From: Ruminococcus sp.
Lineage (GTDB): Bacteria > Bacillota > Clostridia > Lachnospirales > Lachnospiraceae
Direction of reading: 5' to 3'
Length of the DNA stretch: 64,000 nucleotides
NCBI GenBank assembly: GCA_013911065.1
Contig: JACERV010000012.1
Span: 21,123-85,122 of the forward strand
A model generated the notes under the pieces. That model did no database searches, was not told the DNA's origin, and was given only the letters and a program-made list of their open reading frames with translations. The position numbers were made by a program, and so were the translations under genes. Shown here in pieces: positions 50,563-58,752 of the stretch (the first letter of the stretch is position 1; the number at the start of each line of letters is the position of its first letter).

Positions 50563-51330
50563 TTAAACGATATCCATATCTACCTTTACTTTTTTTGCCA
50601 AGTGTACAATTTCCTTCGTAACATCCGTATCAGTAATCACTTTATATATATCATCCATCGGGCATACAGTAAATAGATTACTATTTCCAAACTTTGAACT
50701 ATCGGCAATCACATACGATTGATTTGCCATCTTGATAATTTCCCGCTTTAAGTCCATTTGGGGGGTCCCCATTGAAGTCAAACCTACTTTTAAATTGATT
50801 CCGTTTACACCTACAAAAGCTTTATTCACATGAAATTGTCCCATTGCATTCACGGCAATATTATCCAAAGCCGACGGCGGATTTCCCATCACCTGCCCAC
50901 CTACAAAAAACAAATCTACATGCCTGGCAGTTGATAACTCTGCTGCCGAAATTAACGAATTTGTTACTACCACAATATGCTTCTCCGGATGCTCCTTAAT
51001 ATATTTTGCCAGATAATATCCAGTTGTAGAATCATCAATCATAATGGAGTCTCTGTTTACTATATATTCAAATGCCTTCTTAGCAATACGATATTTTTTA
51101 TCGCTGTTTAAAAAACATTCTCCGGGTACAAATTCAACACTTAGCCCTTTCTCTATTTTCACCGCTCCGCCATAAGTTTTTTTCAAAACACCCTGCTCGT
51201 CCAGTTTTCTAATATCACTGCGGATCGTAACCTCAGAACATCCTAAACGGTTACTCAAATCTATTACATTAACGCTTCCATTCGTCTGTACTTCATCTAT
51301 AATAACTTCAAGTCTTTCACTCATCTTCAT
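50563..51330 (-). CDS. DeoR-family transcriptional regulator
   Basis: N-terminal wHTH (VNVIDLSNRLGCSEVTIRSDIRKLDEQG) and a DeoR C-terminal sensor domain. Confidence 0.9.
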   Translation of the reverse strand: MKMSERLEVIIDEVQTNGSVNVIDLSNRLGCSEVTIRSDIRKLDEQGVLKKTYGGAVKIEKGLSVEFVPGECFLNSDKKYRIAKKAFEYIVNRDSIMIDDSTTGYYLAKYIKEHPEKHIVVVTNSLISAAELSTARHVDLFFVGGQVMGNPPSALDNIAVNAMGQFHVNKAFVGVNGINLKVGLTSMGTPQMDLKREIIKMANQSYVIADSSKFGNSNLFTVCPMDDIYKVITDTDVTKEIVHLAKKVKVDMDIV

Positions 51331-51377
51331 ATTTTCACCCTTTTCATATGTGCTTGAATTTCTGTCAAATTAATTAT

Positions 51378-51407
51378 ATTATAGAAAACCCAATATTTCA
51401 ATTGAAA
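51378..51407 (-). promoter_or_regulatory. Putative DeoR promoter (TTCAAT, 17 nt, TATAAT) overlapped by the palindrome TTTCAATTGAAA
   Basis: -10 at 51378-51383 and -35 at 51401-51406. Palindrome at 51396-51407. Confidence 0.5.
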
Positions 51408-51524
51408 ATGGTTTTACGTTTTCCTCTATTGACTCCCAAGGCAACATAATGGATTCAAGTCTAAAGACAAAACAAACGCTAATAAAACTCCTGGAAACAA
51501 AGCTTCGTCTTCGTACACTTCTTT

Positions 51525-52475
51525 TTACAACATACCCAAATATTCCCCATACCCCTCTTCTTCCATCTTTTCTTTGGGAATAAACCTTAAAGACGCACTG
51601 TTAATACAATACCGTAATCCTCCCTGGTCCGCAGGGCCATCTTCAAATACATGCCCCAGGTGTGCATCTCCATTACTGCTTCTTACTTCTGTTCTCACCA
51701 TACCATGACTTCTATCCGTAATATTTTTAATCAAATTGGAGTCAATTGGCCTGGAAAAACTGGGCCACCCGCATCCTGATTCAAATTTATCATCGGATAG
51801 AAATAAGGGTTCACCCGTAGTGATATCAACATAGATTCCTTCCTCAAAGGTATCAAAATATTCATTGCGGTATGGAGGTTCTGTTCCCTTATTCTGAGTT
51901 ACATCAAATTGCATTTCATTCAGACTTGCTTTCAGCTCATCCCGTGTCTTTTTCACATACTTCTTACTTATATCTACTGCTTTTTCCGCTTTCTCAAATT
52001 TGTCAACACCAATATGGCAGTATCCGTCAGGATTCTTGTCTAAATACTTCTGATGATATTCCTCTGCTCTATAATAATTGGCAAGAGGTTTTACCTCAAT
52101 AGCAATCTTCTCTTTGTAGCCTTTCTGAAGGTTATCTATAGAAGCTAAAATAGCTTCCTCATCTTTTTCATCTGTAAAATAAATTCCGGTTCTGTACTGT
52201 GTCCCAATATCACCACCCTGACGGTTTTTACTGATTGGATTGATCACATCATAATAAAGCTCCAGGATAAATGGAAGTCCGATTTTATTATCATCATATT
52301 CCACTTTTACAGCTTCGGCATGTCCGGTATTCTTGCGGCAGACTTCCTCATAAGTTGGATTCTCCGTATCTCCGTTTGCATATCCAACCTCTGTGGACAG
52401 AACACCCGGAATATTCTGCAGATACTTTTCCGTTCCCCAAAAACATCCTCCCGCCAGATAAATCTCTTTTTTCAT
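51525..52475 (-). CDS. msrAB: Bifunctional methionine sulfoxide reductase MsrA-MsrB
   Basis: MsrA GGCFWG motif at the N-terminus and MsrB RYCINS motif near the C-terminus. Start set at the ATG at 52475. Confidence 0.92.
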   Translation of the reverse strand: MKKEIYLAGGCFWGTEKYLQNIPGVLSTEVGYANGDTENPTYEEVCRKNTGHAEAVKVEYDDNKIGLPFILELYYDVINPISKNRQGGDIGTQYRTGIYFTDEKDEEAILASIDNLQKGYKEKIAIEVKPLANYYRAEEYHQKYLDKNPDGYCHIGVDKFEKAEKAVDISKKYVKKTRDELKASLNEMQFDVTQNKGTEPPYRNEYFDTFEEGIYVDITTGEPLFLSDDKFESGCGWPSFSRPIDSNLIKNITDRSHGMVRTEVRSSNGDAHLGHVFEDGPADQGGLRYCINSASLRFIPKEKMEEEGYGEYLGML

Positions 52476-52678
52476 AAAATTCTCCTTCCTAAATAAACGA
52501 CTTTTCATTTTAAGTAGCTTTCTCAATTGCATCATTCTTATTCACAACCATCTATATAACAGTTTTACTTTTCTTTGTTTGTTCTCCGAAAAAACCTACC
52601 ATATATTGTCATTGTATACAGTGCAACTGCACATTTCAAGAAACTTTTTATAAATTAAAAAGAGCTTTGCATTTTCGC

Positions 52679-53209
52679 TTATTTACTGAAAATTGAACTT
52701 CTATCTCTGGACAATGTTTTTGAAATCAGATTAATTAACAATTCCTCAACTGCAGAAATACTTGCCATGCCACAAACAATAACAACCGTTATTTCTTTTC
52801 CAAAAACAGGAAACAAAAAAGGAAAGCAAAATAAGAATATTCCTGTTGCCTTATTAGCGTAAGTATGCAGAAAGGCAAGCCGCTGATACTTTATAAGACC
52901 AGTAACTATTGAAATCAGGCGCATTGCGGCAATGGCCGCTATCCAATAGAGCCCCCATAATGGAAGGTTAATAACCGGTATAAAAATGAACAACACAATA
53001 CAAATAAATATCAAATCCGAGATGCTATCAAACACCTGCCCGAATTTGCTGCAGGCATTCATTCTTCTTGCAATATACCCATCTAAAATATCGCTAATTC
53101 CACATATCACATAAAAGAAAAAGAATAGAGTTGAAAATGGTTTTACGAACAGCAGGCTGACAGATGCCAATATTCTAATAAGTGTAATGCAGTTAGGAAT
53201 TCTTTTCAT
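52679..53209 (-). CDS. CDP-alcohol phosphatidyltransferase-family protein
   Basis: Exact signature D-x2-DG-x2-AR-x8-G-x3-D-x3-D in DILDGYIARRMNACSKFGQVFDSISD. Start set at the ATG at 53209, which follows AAGGAG. Confidence 0.85.
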   Translation of the reverse strand: MKRIPNCITLIRILASVSLLFVKPFSTLFFFFYVICGISDILDGYIARRMNACSKFGQVFDSISDLIFICIVLFIFIPVINLPLWGLYWIAAIAAMRLISIVTGLIKYQRLAFLHTYANKATGIFLFCFPFLFPVFGKEITVVIVCGMASISAVEELLINLISKTLSRDRSSIFSK

Positions 53210-53214
53210 AAATT

Positions 53215-53679
53215 TCACTCCTTGCACACATCAATCCATTCTATATAGCCAGAGTATTTTTCCAATTCTTCTATTGTAAGTTCAATGGCACTGTTGCTGC
53301 TTCCGCAGGCAGGATAGACCGTTTCAAATCGTTTGAGCGATATGTCGAGATAAACAGAAACATCTTTTTTGACAGCAAAAGGGCAAACTCCTCCTACTGC
53401 ATGTCCGACCAAATCAATCACCTGATCTGGAGAGAGCATCTTTGCTTTTGTTTTAAAATGCCCTTTAAATTTTTTATTGTCAATCTTAGCATCCCCAGCG
53501 GTAACAACCAAAATTGCTTGTCCGTCTGCCATAAAAGAAAGGGTTTTTGCGATTCTCTCCGGTTCACAATTCAATGCGGTGGCAGCTAATTCGACAGTTG
53601 CACTTGATGCTTCAAATTCCTGAATTCGAGTATCCATATTATATTGTTTAAAAAATGCTTTTACATGTTCAATTGCCAT
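53215..53679 (-). CDS. YbaK/EbsC-type aminoacyl-tRNA editing-domain protein
   Basis: 154 aa. The ...VGHAVGGVCPF... and ...YPACGSSNSAI.. patterns fit the YbaK/ProX fold. Confidence 0.7.
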   Translation of the reverse strand: MAIEHVKAFFKQYNMDTRIQEFEASSATVELAATALNCEPERIAKTLSFMADGQAILVVTAGDAKIDNKKFKGHFKTKAKMLSPDQVIDLVGHAVGGVCPFAVKKDVSVYLDISLKRFETVYPACGSSNSAIELTIEELEKYSGYIEWIDVCKE

Positions 53680-53956
53680 GATATTCTCCCTGCCTATTTA
53701 TATTATCTATCCCTTACTTAACTTTTGATAAACTAAGTACTAACTCATTTTACATGAGGATACTGTTCAATGCAATAAAAACGGATTATTAGCTGCCATT
53801 CGTTATAATCTTGGGTTTTTCATACAGATTCTTTATTATGCGTTTGCTATTATAACATGTATTTGATATCATATAATTTATAAGAATATTCAAAACTGTC
53901 AGTTTCACAGGGGTTTTGAATTATATATTAAATAGATATTAAAAGGTGGAAGCAAA

Positions 53957-55006
53957 ATGGATAATCAAGAGCAAAAACATCAGCGCCGTCCCAGGTATAA
54001 GGGTACTCACCCAAAAGCTTTTAAAGATAAATATAAAGAACTGCAGCCAGAGTTATATGCTGATGCTGTGGCTAAGGTAATTCAAAAAGGTAATACTCCT
54101 GCCGGTATGCATCGTTCAATATGTGTTGACGAAATCTTAGGATTCTTACAAATTACTCCCGGACAAACTGGATTAGATGCAACCTTAGGTTATGGGGGAC
54201 ATACTCTAGAGATGCTTAAATGCTTAAATTCAAAGGGACACTTGTATGCTACCGATGTAGATTCTATCGAATTGCCAAAAACAAGGGATCGTTTAGAGCG
54301 TTTAGGTTACGGCCCGGAAATTTTAACAATTAAACAAACAAACTTTTCTAATATAGACCAAATTGTTTCCCAATCAGGACCATTGGATTTTATATTGGCA
54401 GATTTGGGTGTCTCTTCCATGCAAATAGATAATCCTGAAAGAGGATTTTCTTTTAAAACAGAGGGTCCGTTAGACTTACGGCTAAATTCATCTAAAGGCA
54501 TCTCTGCAGCCGACCGCCTTAGAACCATTTCACAAAATGAATTACATGGTATGTTGTTAGAAAACGCAGACGAGCCTCATGCCGCAGAAATCTCTCGTGC
54601 AATTACTTCCGCAATAAAAAGAGGAGAAGACATTACAACAACAAATCAGCTCCAACAAGTTATTGCAGATGCGCTGAAGTTCATTCCAGAAAAAGATAGA
54701 AACCATGAAGTTAAAAAATCCTGTCAAAGATGCTTTCAGGCGCTGCGAATTGATGTCAATAATGAATTTGAAGTATTATATGAATTTTTAGAAAAACTTC
54801 CTGCTGCCATGGCTGAAGGCGGGCGTGTTGCTATCCTTACATTTCATTCAGGAGAAGACCGCCTCGTTAAAAAATCCTTTCAGCACTTTTATCGTGAAGG
54901 AATCTATAGAGAAATAGCCCCTGAAGCTGTTCGGCCATCTGCAGCCGAATGTAATTCCAATAGCCGTGCCCGGTGTGCAAAATTACGTTGGGCTATAAAG
55001 GCTTAA
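53957..55006 (+). CDS. RsmH (MraW)-family SAM-dependent methyltransferase paralogue
   Basis: DATLGYGGHT, ADLGVSSMQIDNPERGFSF, FHSGEDRLVKK and NSRARCAKLR match RsmH signature blocks. It is not in a dcw (mraZ-ftsL) context. Confidence 0.8.
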   Translation: MDNQEQKHQRRPRYKGTHPKAFKDKYKELQPELYADAVAKVIQKGNTPAGMHRSICVDEILGFLQITPGQTGLDATLGYGGHTLEMLKCLNSKGHLYATDVDSIELPKTRDRLERLGYGPEILTIKQTNFSNIDQIVSQSGPLDFILADLGVSSMQIDNPERGFSFKTEGPLDLRLNSSKGISAADRLRTISQNELHGMLLENADEPHAAEISRAITSAIKRGEDITTTNQLQQVIADALKFIPEKDRNHEVKKSCQRCFQALRIDVNNEFEVLYEFLEKLPAAMAEGGRVAILTFHSGEDRLVKKSFQHFYREGIYREIAPEAVRPSAAECNSNSRARCAKLRWAIKA

Positions 55007-55011
55007 TAAGA

Positions 55012-55060
55012 AACCCAAGAAAGGTACCATATCAAACTGATATGGTACCTTTCTTGGGTT
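55012..55060. terminator. 23-bp perfect hairpin, bidirectional terminator
   Basis: aacccaagaaaggtaccatatca-aac-tgatatggtacctttcttgggtt. Confidence 0.8.
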
Positions 55061-55086
55061 ATTTTCAAAAAACTTGTCTATTTCTT

Positions 55087-56076
55087 TTATGAAACAGCAG
55101 TCTTTCCTCTTTTCCTTTCCTCTACTTTATGCAAATATGACGTAAGCAAAGGGCAAAGAATAGCCGTCACAATAATAGCTGCTGTAATCTGTACCGTAGC
55201 AACTGCCGCGACCGCGACCAGGGAAGCATCAGCCGCTGCAACAGCTGCAGGTGTGGCAGCCGCATTGCCTGCGGTAGTCCCGATTCCAGCACCTACCTCT
55301 GGATATTTCATTCTCAAAATTTTATAGACAAAGTATCCTCCAAATCCTGTAATAAGTGTACAGGCAGCTCCCAGAATGATTCCGGGAATTCCCGCCTTTA
55401 GCAAGTTAGAGAGATGCAGGCCTGCTCCCAGCGGAAAAGCGAAGAAAGGAATCATCATGGTAGCTCCCGGTTCGCAGAATTTCCTAATCTCTTCATCTAG
55501 ATTCCCCAGTATACAGCCTACTATAATTGGAATCAAACAGCCGATTAATACTGTGATAGGTATTGTAGCAACGCCTGCTGCCCCCAATGCCACCATGGTA
55601 AAAAAAGGACCGTCATTGATTGAAAGGATAGAAACAGCCCCTACATCCGTTGCATCGCCGTATTCCCCTGCAAGAGCGGCGTACAAGCCTCCGTTTGAAT
55701 TGGAAATCGCTCCGACAATGGCAAGAGGAGCCAGGCCTAAAATACCATTGGGACCAAAAACTTTACCGATTATAATACCGATTATGATTCCTGTCAGTAC
55801 TTTTGTTGCAGTCAGTACAACGCCTTTATACAAGGGCACGCCAGCTTTCTTAAAATCAATGGTTGTGGCGTTGCAGAATAAAAATACCGCCAATATGGGC
55901 ATTGCCCCGGTCTTAAAAAGGTTCTCCGTAAATGTTCCTCCAAACCAGTCCCATACTCCTGTATCAGTCAGGCCCAATATACTGTTTCCAAAAAGCGTAT
56001 TGACAATAGCACCTAAAAGCAACGGTACTACCATTAACCCACCTGGTAACTTCTTTACTGTCTTTAATATATTCAT
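55087..56076 (-). CDS. KdgT-family permease (second paralogue)
   Basis: VKKLPGGLMVVPLLLGAIVNTLF N-terminus. Clear paralogue of the 46923-47888 product. Confidence 0.82.
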   Translation of the reverse strand: MNILKTVKKLPGGLMVVPLLLGAIVNTLFGNSILGLTDTGVWDWFGGTFTENLFKTGAMPILAVFLFCNATTIDFKKAGVPLYKGVVLTATKVLTGIIIGIIIGKVFGPNGILGLAPLAIVGAISNSNGGLYAALAGEYGDATDVGAVSILSINDGPFFTMVALGAAGVATIPITVLIGCLIPIIVGCILGNLDEEIRKFCEPGATMMIPFFAFPLGAGLHLSNLLKAGIPGIILGAACTLITGFGGYFVYKILRMKYPEVGAGIGTTAGNAAATPAAVAAADASLVAVAAVATVQITAAIIVTAILCPLLTSYLHKVEERKRGKTAVS

Positions 56077-56086
56077 ATCCTTCTCC

Positions 56087-57214
56087 CTATATTTTTAATA
56101 ATCTCAAAACATTATCCACCGTGTAACCAAGATTTTCCCTCGAAAACTTACTGCTGACTGAAAAATCCTGAGGAAGGCGGTTAATTGGAAAGACCGCTGT
56201 CACTCCCATCTCATATGCTCTGGCGATTTCCCCATCCTCTGCCCCTCCTACAATTGCAATCAGGGGAACATTACGATTCTTCGTCCTTCCGGCAATACCT
56301 ATTACAACTTTTCCTCTAAGACTCTGGGAATCCAGTTTTCCTTCTCCAGTAAGCACATAGGAATCATCACTTAAAAGTTCATCGAATTTAACAGTATCCA
56401 ATACAGTCTGAATCCCCATCTGCAGCTCAGAATTAAAAAACGCCACCATTCCTGCTCCCATAGCCCCGGCCGCCCCGGCTCCCGGAATTTTGCTTACATC
56501 CTTTCCTATGGTGTTTTCTATTGCGGCACTTAAAAGTCTCAAGCCCTCATCCAGTTCCCTTATCATCTTTTCATCAGCACCCTTTTGAGGTCCGAATATA
56601 TAGGCTGCCCCGGTCTCTCCATACATGGGATTATCGATATCGCACATTGTCACAATCTCCACGTTCTTTAGAATGGGGTCCATTTCATCCATGGTAATCC
56701 TGGAAATAGAATCCAGAGTTCCTCCGGTTGGGATAAAGACTTCGCCCTTGTCATTATAGAACTTAACACCAACTGCCGCAGCAGCACCGCAGCCTCCGTC
56801 ATTGGTACAGGAACCACCCAGACCTATAATTATTTTCTTTGCTCCAGTATTTGCCGCAGCAAGAATCAACTGTCCTACCCCATAAGTAGTAGTAAGCTTG
56901 GGGTTCTTTCTGTCTTCCACAAGGGGAAGACCTGCACATGCCGCCATTTCCACAACAGCAGTTTCTCCATCAGAAAGCAATCCATAATAAGCATTCATAT
57001 CTTCAAAATAAGGGTTTTTAACAGTAACATACTTTTTCTCACCCCCTACTGCTGCGATGAATGCTTCCACACTTCCTTCCCCTCCGTCTGCCACAGGGAT
57101 GGACGCCACCTCACTGTCCGGAAAATGAATGGAAATCTTTTCCTTTATGATATTGCAGATTTCTCCGGAGCTTAAAGTTCCCTTAAAGGAATCAGGTATT
57201 AAAATAAACTTCAT
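56087..57214 (-). CDS. Glycerate kinase (GlxK/GarK class I)
   Basis: IPDSFKGTLS and ADGGEGS motifs, GGSCTNDGG, and the C-terminal TGEGKLDSQS. Confidence 0.9.
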   Translation of the reverse strand: MKFILIPDSFKGTLSSGEICNIIKEKISIHFPDSEVASIPVADGGEGSVEAFIAAVGGEKKYVTVKNPYFEDMNAYYGLLSDGETAVVEMAACAGLPLVEDRKNPKLTTTYGVGQLILAAANTGAKKIIIGLGGSCTNDGGCGAAAAVGVKFYNDKGEVFIPTGGTLDSISRITMDEMDPILKNVEIVTMCDIDNPMYGETGAAYIFGPQKGADEKMIRELDEGLRLLSAAIENTIGKDVSKIPGAGAAGAMGAGMVAFFNSELQMGIQTVLDTVKFDELLSDDSYVLTGEGKLDSQSLRGKVVIGIAGRTKNRNVPLIAIVGGAEDGEIARAYEMGVTAVFPINRLPQDFSVSSKFSRENLGYTVDNVLRLLKI

Positions 57215-57229
57215 ATTTGTCCCTCCTCG

Positions 57230-58510
57230 TTATTCAATTACAATGACTGATACGCCATCTGGAATTACAGCAATCTGATAGTCCTCTTTTTTCACTATTT
57301 CCTTTGCCTTTTCCATTGCTTCTTCCATGCTGTGAACCGGTATCATATGCAGGTCACGGACCATCTCATCAGGAGCATCCGAAACATAGATAACATGTGC
57401 TTTTAACAACACTCTTGCAAAAATCTGGGATTGCCATTGATCAGGTATGGTCTCCTCTGCCTTTCTGTCCAGGAATATCTTCATCATCTTATTTAAGTCT
57501 TTTTCATCCCTGAATGTTTCATAAAAAACTCCCCCGCCATGACCATCTACAGATTTGGCAACCATAATAATCACTCCGCCCTCTTTTACAGTGGCTTCCG
57601 CTGCTGTCATCCCCTTTACTGCCTGATAAATGTTTTGGTCAAGGGGATATCCTCCATTAGTGGAAATGACTATGTCAGAAGGTATAGCATCCACCCGGCA
57701 CATGCTGTTTAAAAACTCACGTCCTTTCCGGTGGGCCAAATCACAGTCACCAGAAACACAGTTTATCACCTTATGTTCTGCATCAATCACCACATTGACA
57801 ATAAAATCAAGCCGCGCAGCCCTGGCTCCATAAAGCATGTCATTGTGTATGGGATTTCCTTCAATGACACCTGTTCTCGCATACTTGCTGGCAATGAACG
57901 CTGAATTGTGATTGTACATAACCGTTTCCCGGCTTGCCACACCCGGAAGAACACTCTTTCTTCCTCCTGAGAATCCGGCAAAGAAATGGGGTTCAATAAA
58001 TCCTTCTCCAATAAGCAGGTCAGCTTCTGCTGCAATCCGGTTGATTGAAAAGTTCCCGCCGGAAGGCAGCTTTCCAAAGAAAACAAGGTTTTCTTTATCA
58101 TCGCAGTCGTGAATAATGATTTCTTCCTCCCTTACAATATCTTCTCCGAATTTCTCTACCAGTTCATCCTTCGTGGTTTCCCGGTGTAAGCCAGTAGAAA
58201 TTAATATGGTAATATGGGCATCTTTGTTCCCCTCACGGATCTCCTTTAATAAGAGGGGCATAATCACTTTGCTTGGAACCGGTCTGGTATGATCGGAAGA
58301 TATAATAACAATCTTATCCTTTCCCGGTACCATGTCTTTAAGCCTGGGAGTCCCTATGGGATTCTCCAGGGATTCCTGTACAAGCTCCTCCTGGCTCTTT
58401 TCTGCCTTATATTGATGCAGGCTGGATAATAGGACCCCGGCTAAATGTTCCTCCTCAATATTGGCTTCTATGGTTTCTTTTCCATAAGGCAAGCGAAATG
58501 TTCTCATCAT
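57230..58510 (-). CDS. LarA-family nickel-pincer-dependent 2-hydroxyacid racemase/epimerase homologue
   Basis: SSDHTRP and EPHFFAGFSGGRK motifs. His109, His175, Lys185 and His201 are spaced as the catalytic His/His, NPN-tethering Lys and Ni-ligand His of L. plantarum LarA (108/174/184/200, from memory). Confidence 0.82.
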   Translation of the reverse strand: MMRTFRLPYGKETIEANIEEEHLAGVLLSSLHQYKAEKSQEELVQESLENPIGTPRLKDMVPGKDKIVIISSDHTRPVPSKVIMPLLLKEIREGNKDAHITILISTGLHRETTKDELVEKFGEDIVREEEIIIHDCDDKENLVFFGKLPSGGNFSINRIAAEADLLIGEGFIEPHFFAGFSGGRKSVLPGVASRETVMYNHNSAFIASKYARTGVIEGNPIHNDMLYGARAARLDFIVNVVIDAEHKVINCVSGDCDLAHRKGREFLNSMCRVDAIPSDIVISTNGGYPLDQNIYQAVKGMTAAEATVKEGGVIIMVAKSVDGHGGGVFYETFRDEKDLNKMMKIFLDRKAEETIPDQWQSQIFARVLLKAHVIYVSDAPDEMVRDLHMIPVHSMEEAMEKAKEIVKKEDYQIAVIPDGVSVIVIE

Positions 58511-58523
58511 ACAGTCTCCTTCC

Positions 58524-58720
58524 GTTTCATTTTAAAACAATTTTATCTATTATTCTCCCCACTTTCAACTTTTTAATTTCAGTTTTTGTTTCATCATGAA
58601 ACATAATTACGTAAAATTGACTTTAGGCAAGTCCCAGGCTCTGTTTATTTTTATACTTCAAGAAAGATTATATCTATTATTTTAAACATCCTTGTGCTAT
58701 AATCAGTTTCATATTGAAAC
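58524..58720. promoter_or_regulatory. Divergent control region with three GTTTCA..TGAAAC palindromes and two sigma-A-type promoters
   Basis: Boxes: gtttcattttaaaac (58524-58538), gtttcatcatgaaac (58588-58602, perfect 7-1-7) and gtttcatattgaaac (58706-58720, 6-3-6). LarA-side promoter is TTGAAA (58568-58563), 17 nt, TAAAAT (58545-58540). Regulator-side extended -10 is tgctataat (58694-58702). Confidence 0.6.
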
Positions 58721-58752
58721 AATATTTTATTAAATTACTATTGGAGAAATCT

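Noticed and set aside
55376-56098. 240-aa plus-strand ORF
   Set aside because: It is antisense to the KdgT-family permease and its Pro/Ile/Ala-rich sequence mirrors that gene. The same reasoning applies to 47041-47508 and 47560-47913 opposite the first KdgT gene.
58511-58752. Sigma-54 (-24/-12, TGGCAC-N5-TTGC) promoter for the LarA operon, expected from the EBP-like regulator
   Set aside because: No GG-N10-GC element with the right flanks on either strand. A sigma-A-type TTGAAA-17-TAAAAT promoter is present instead.
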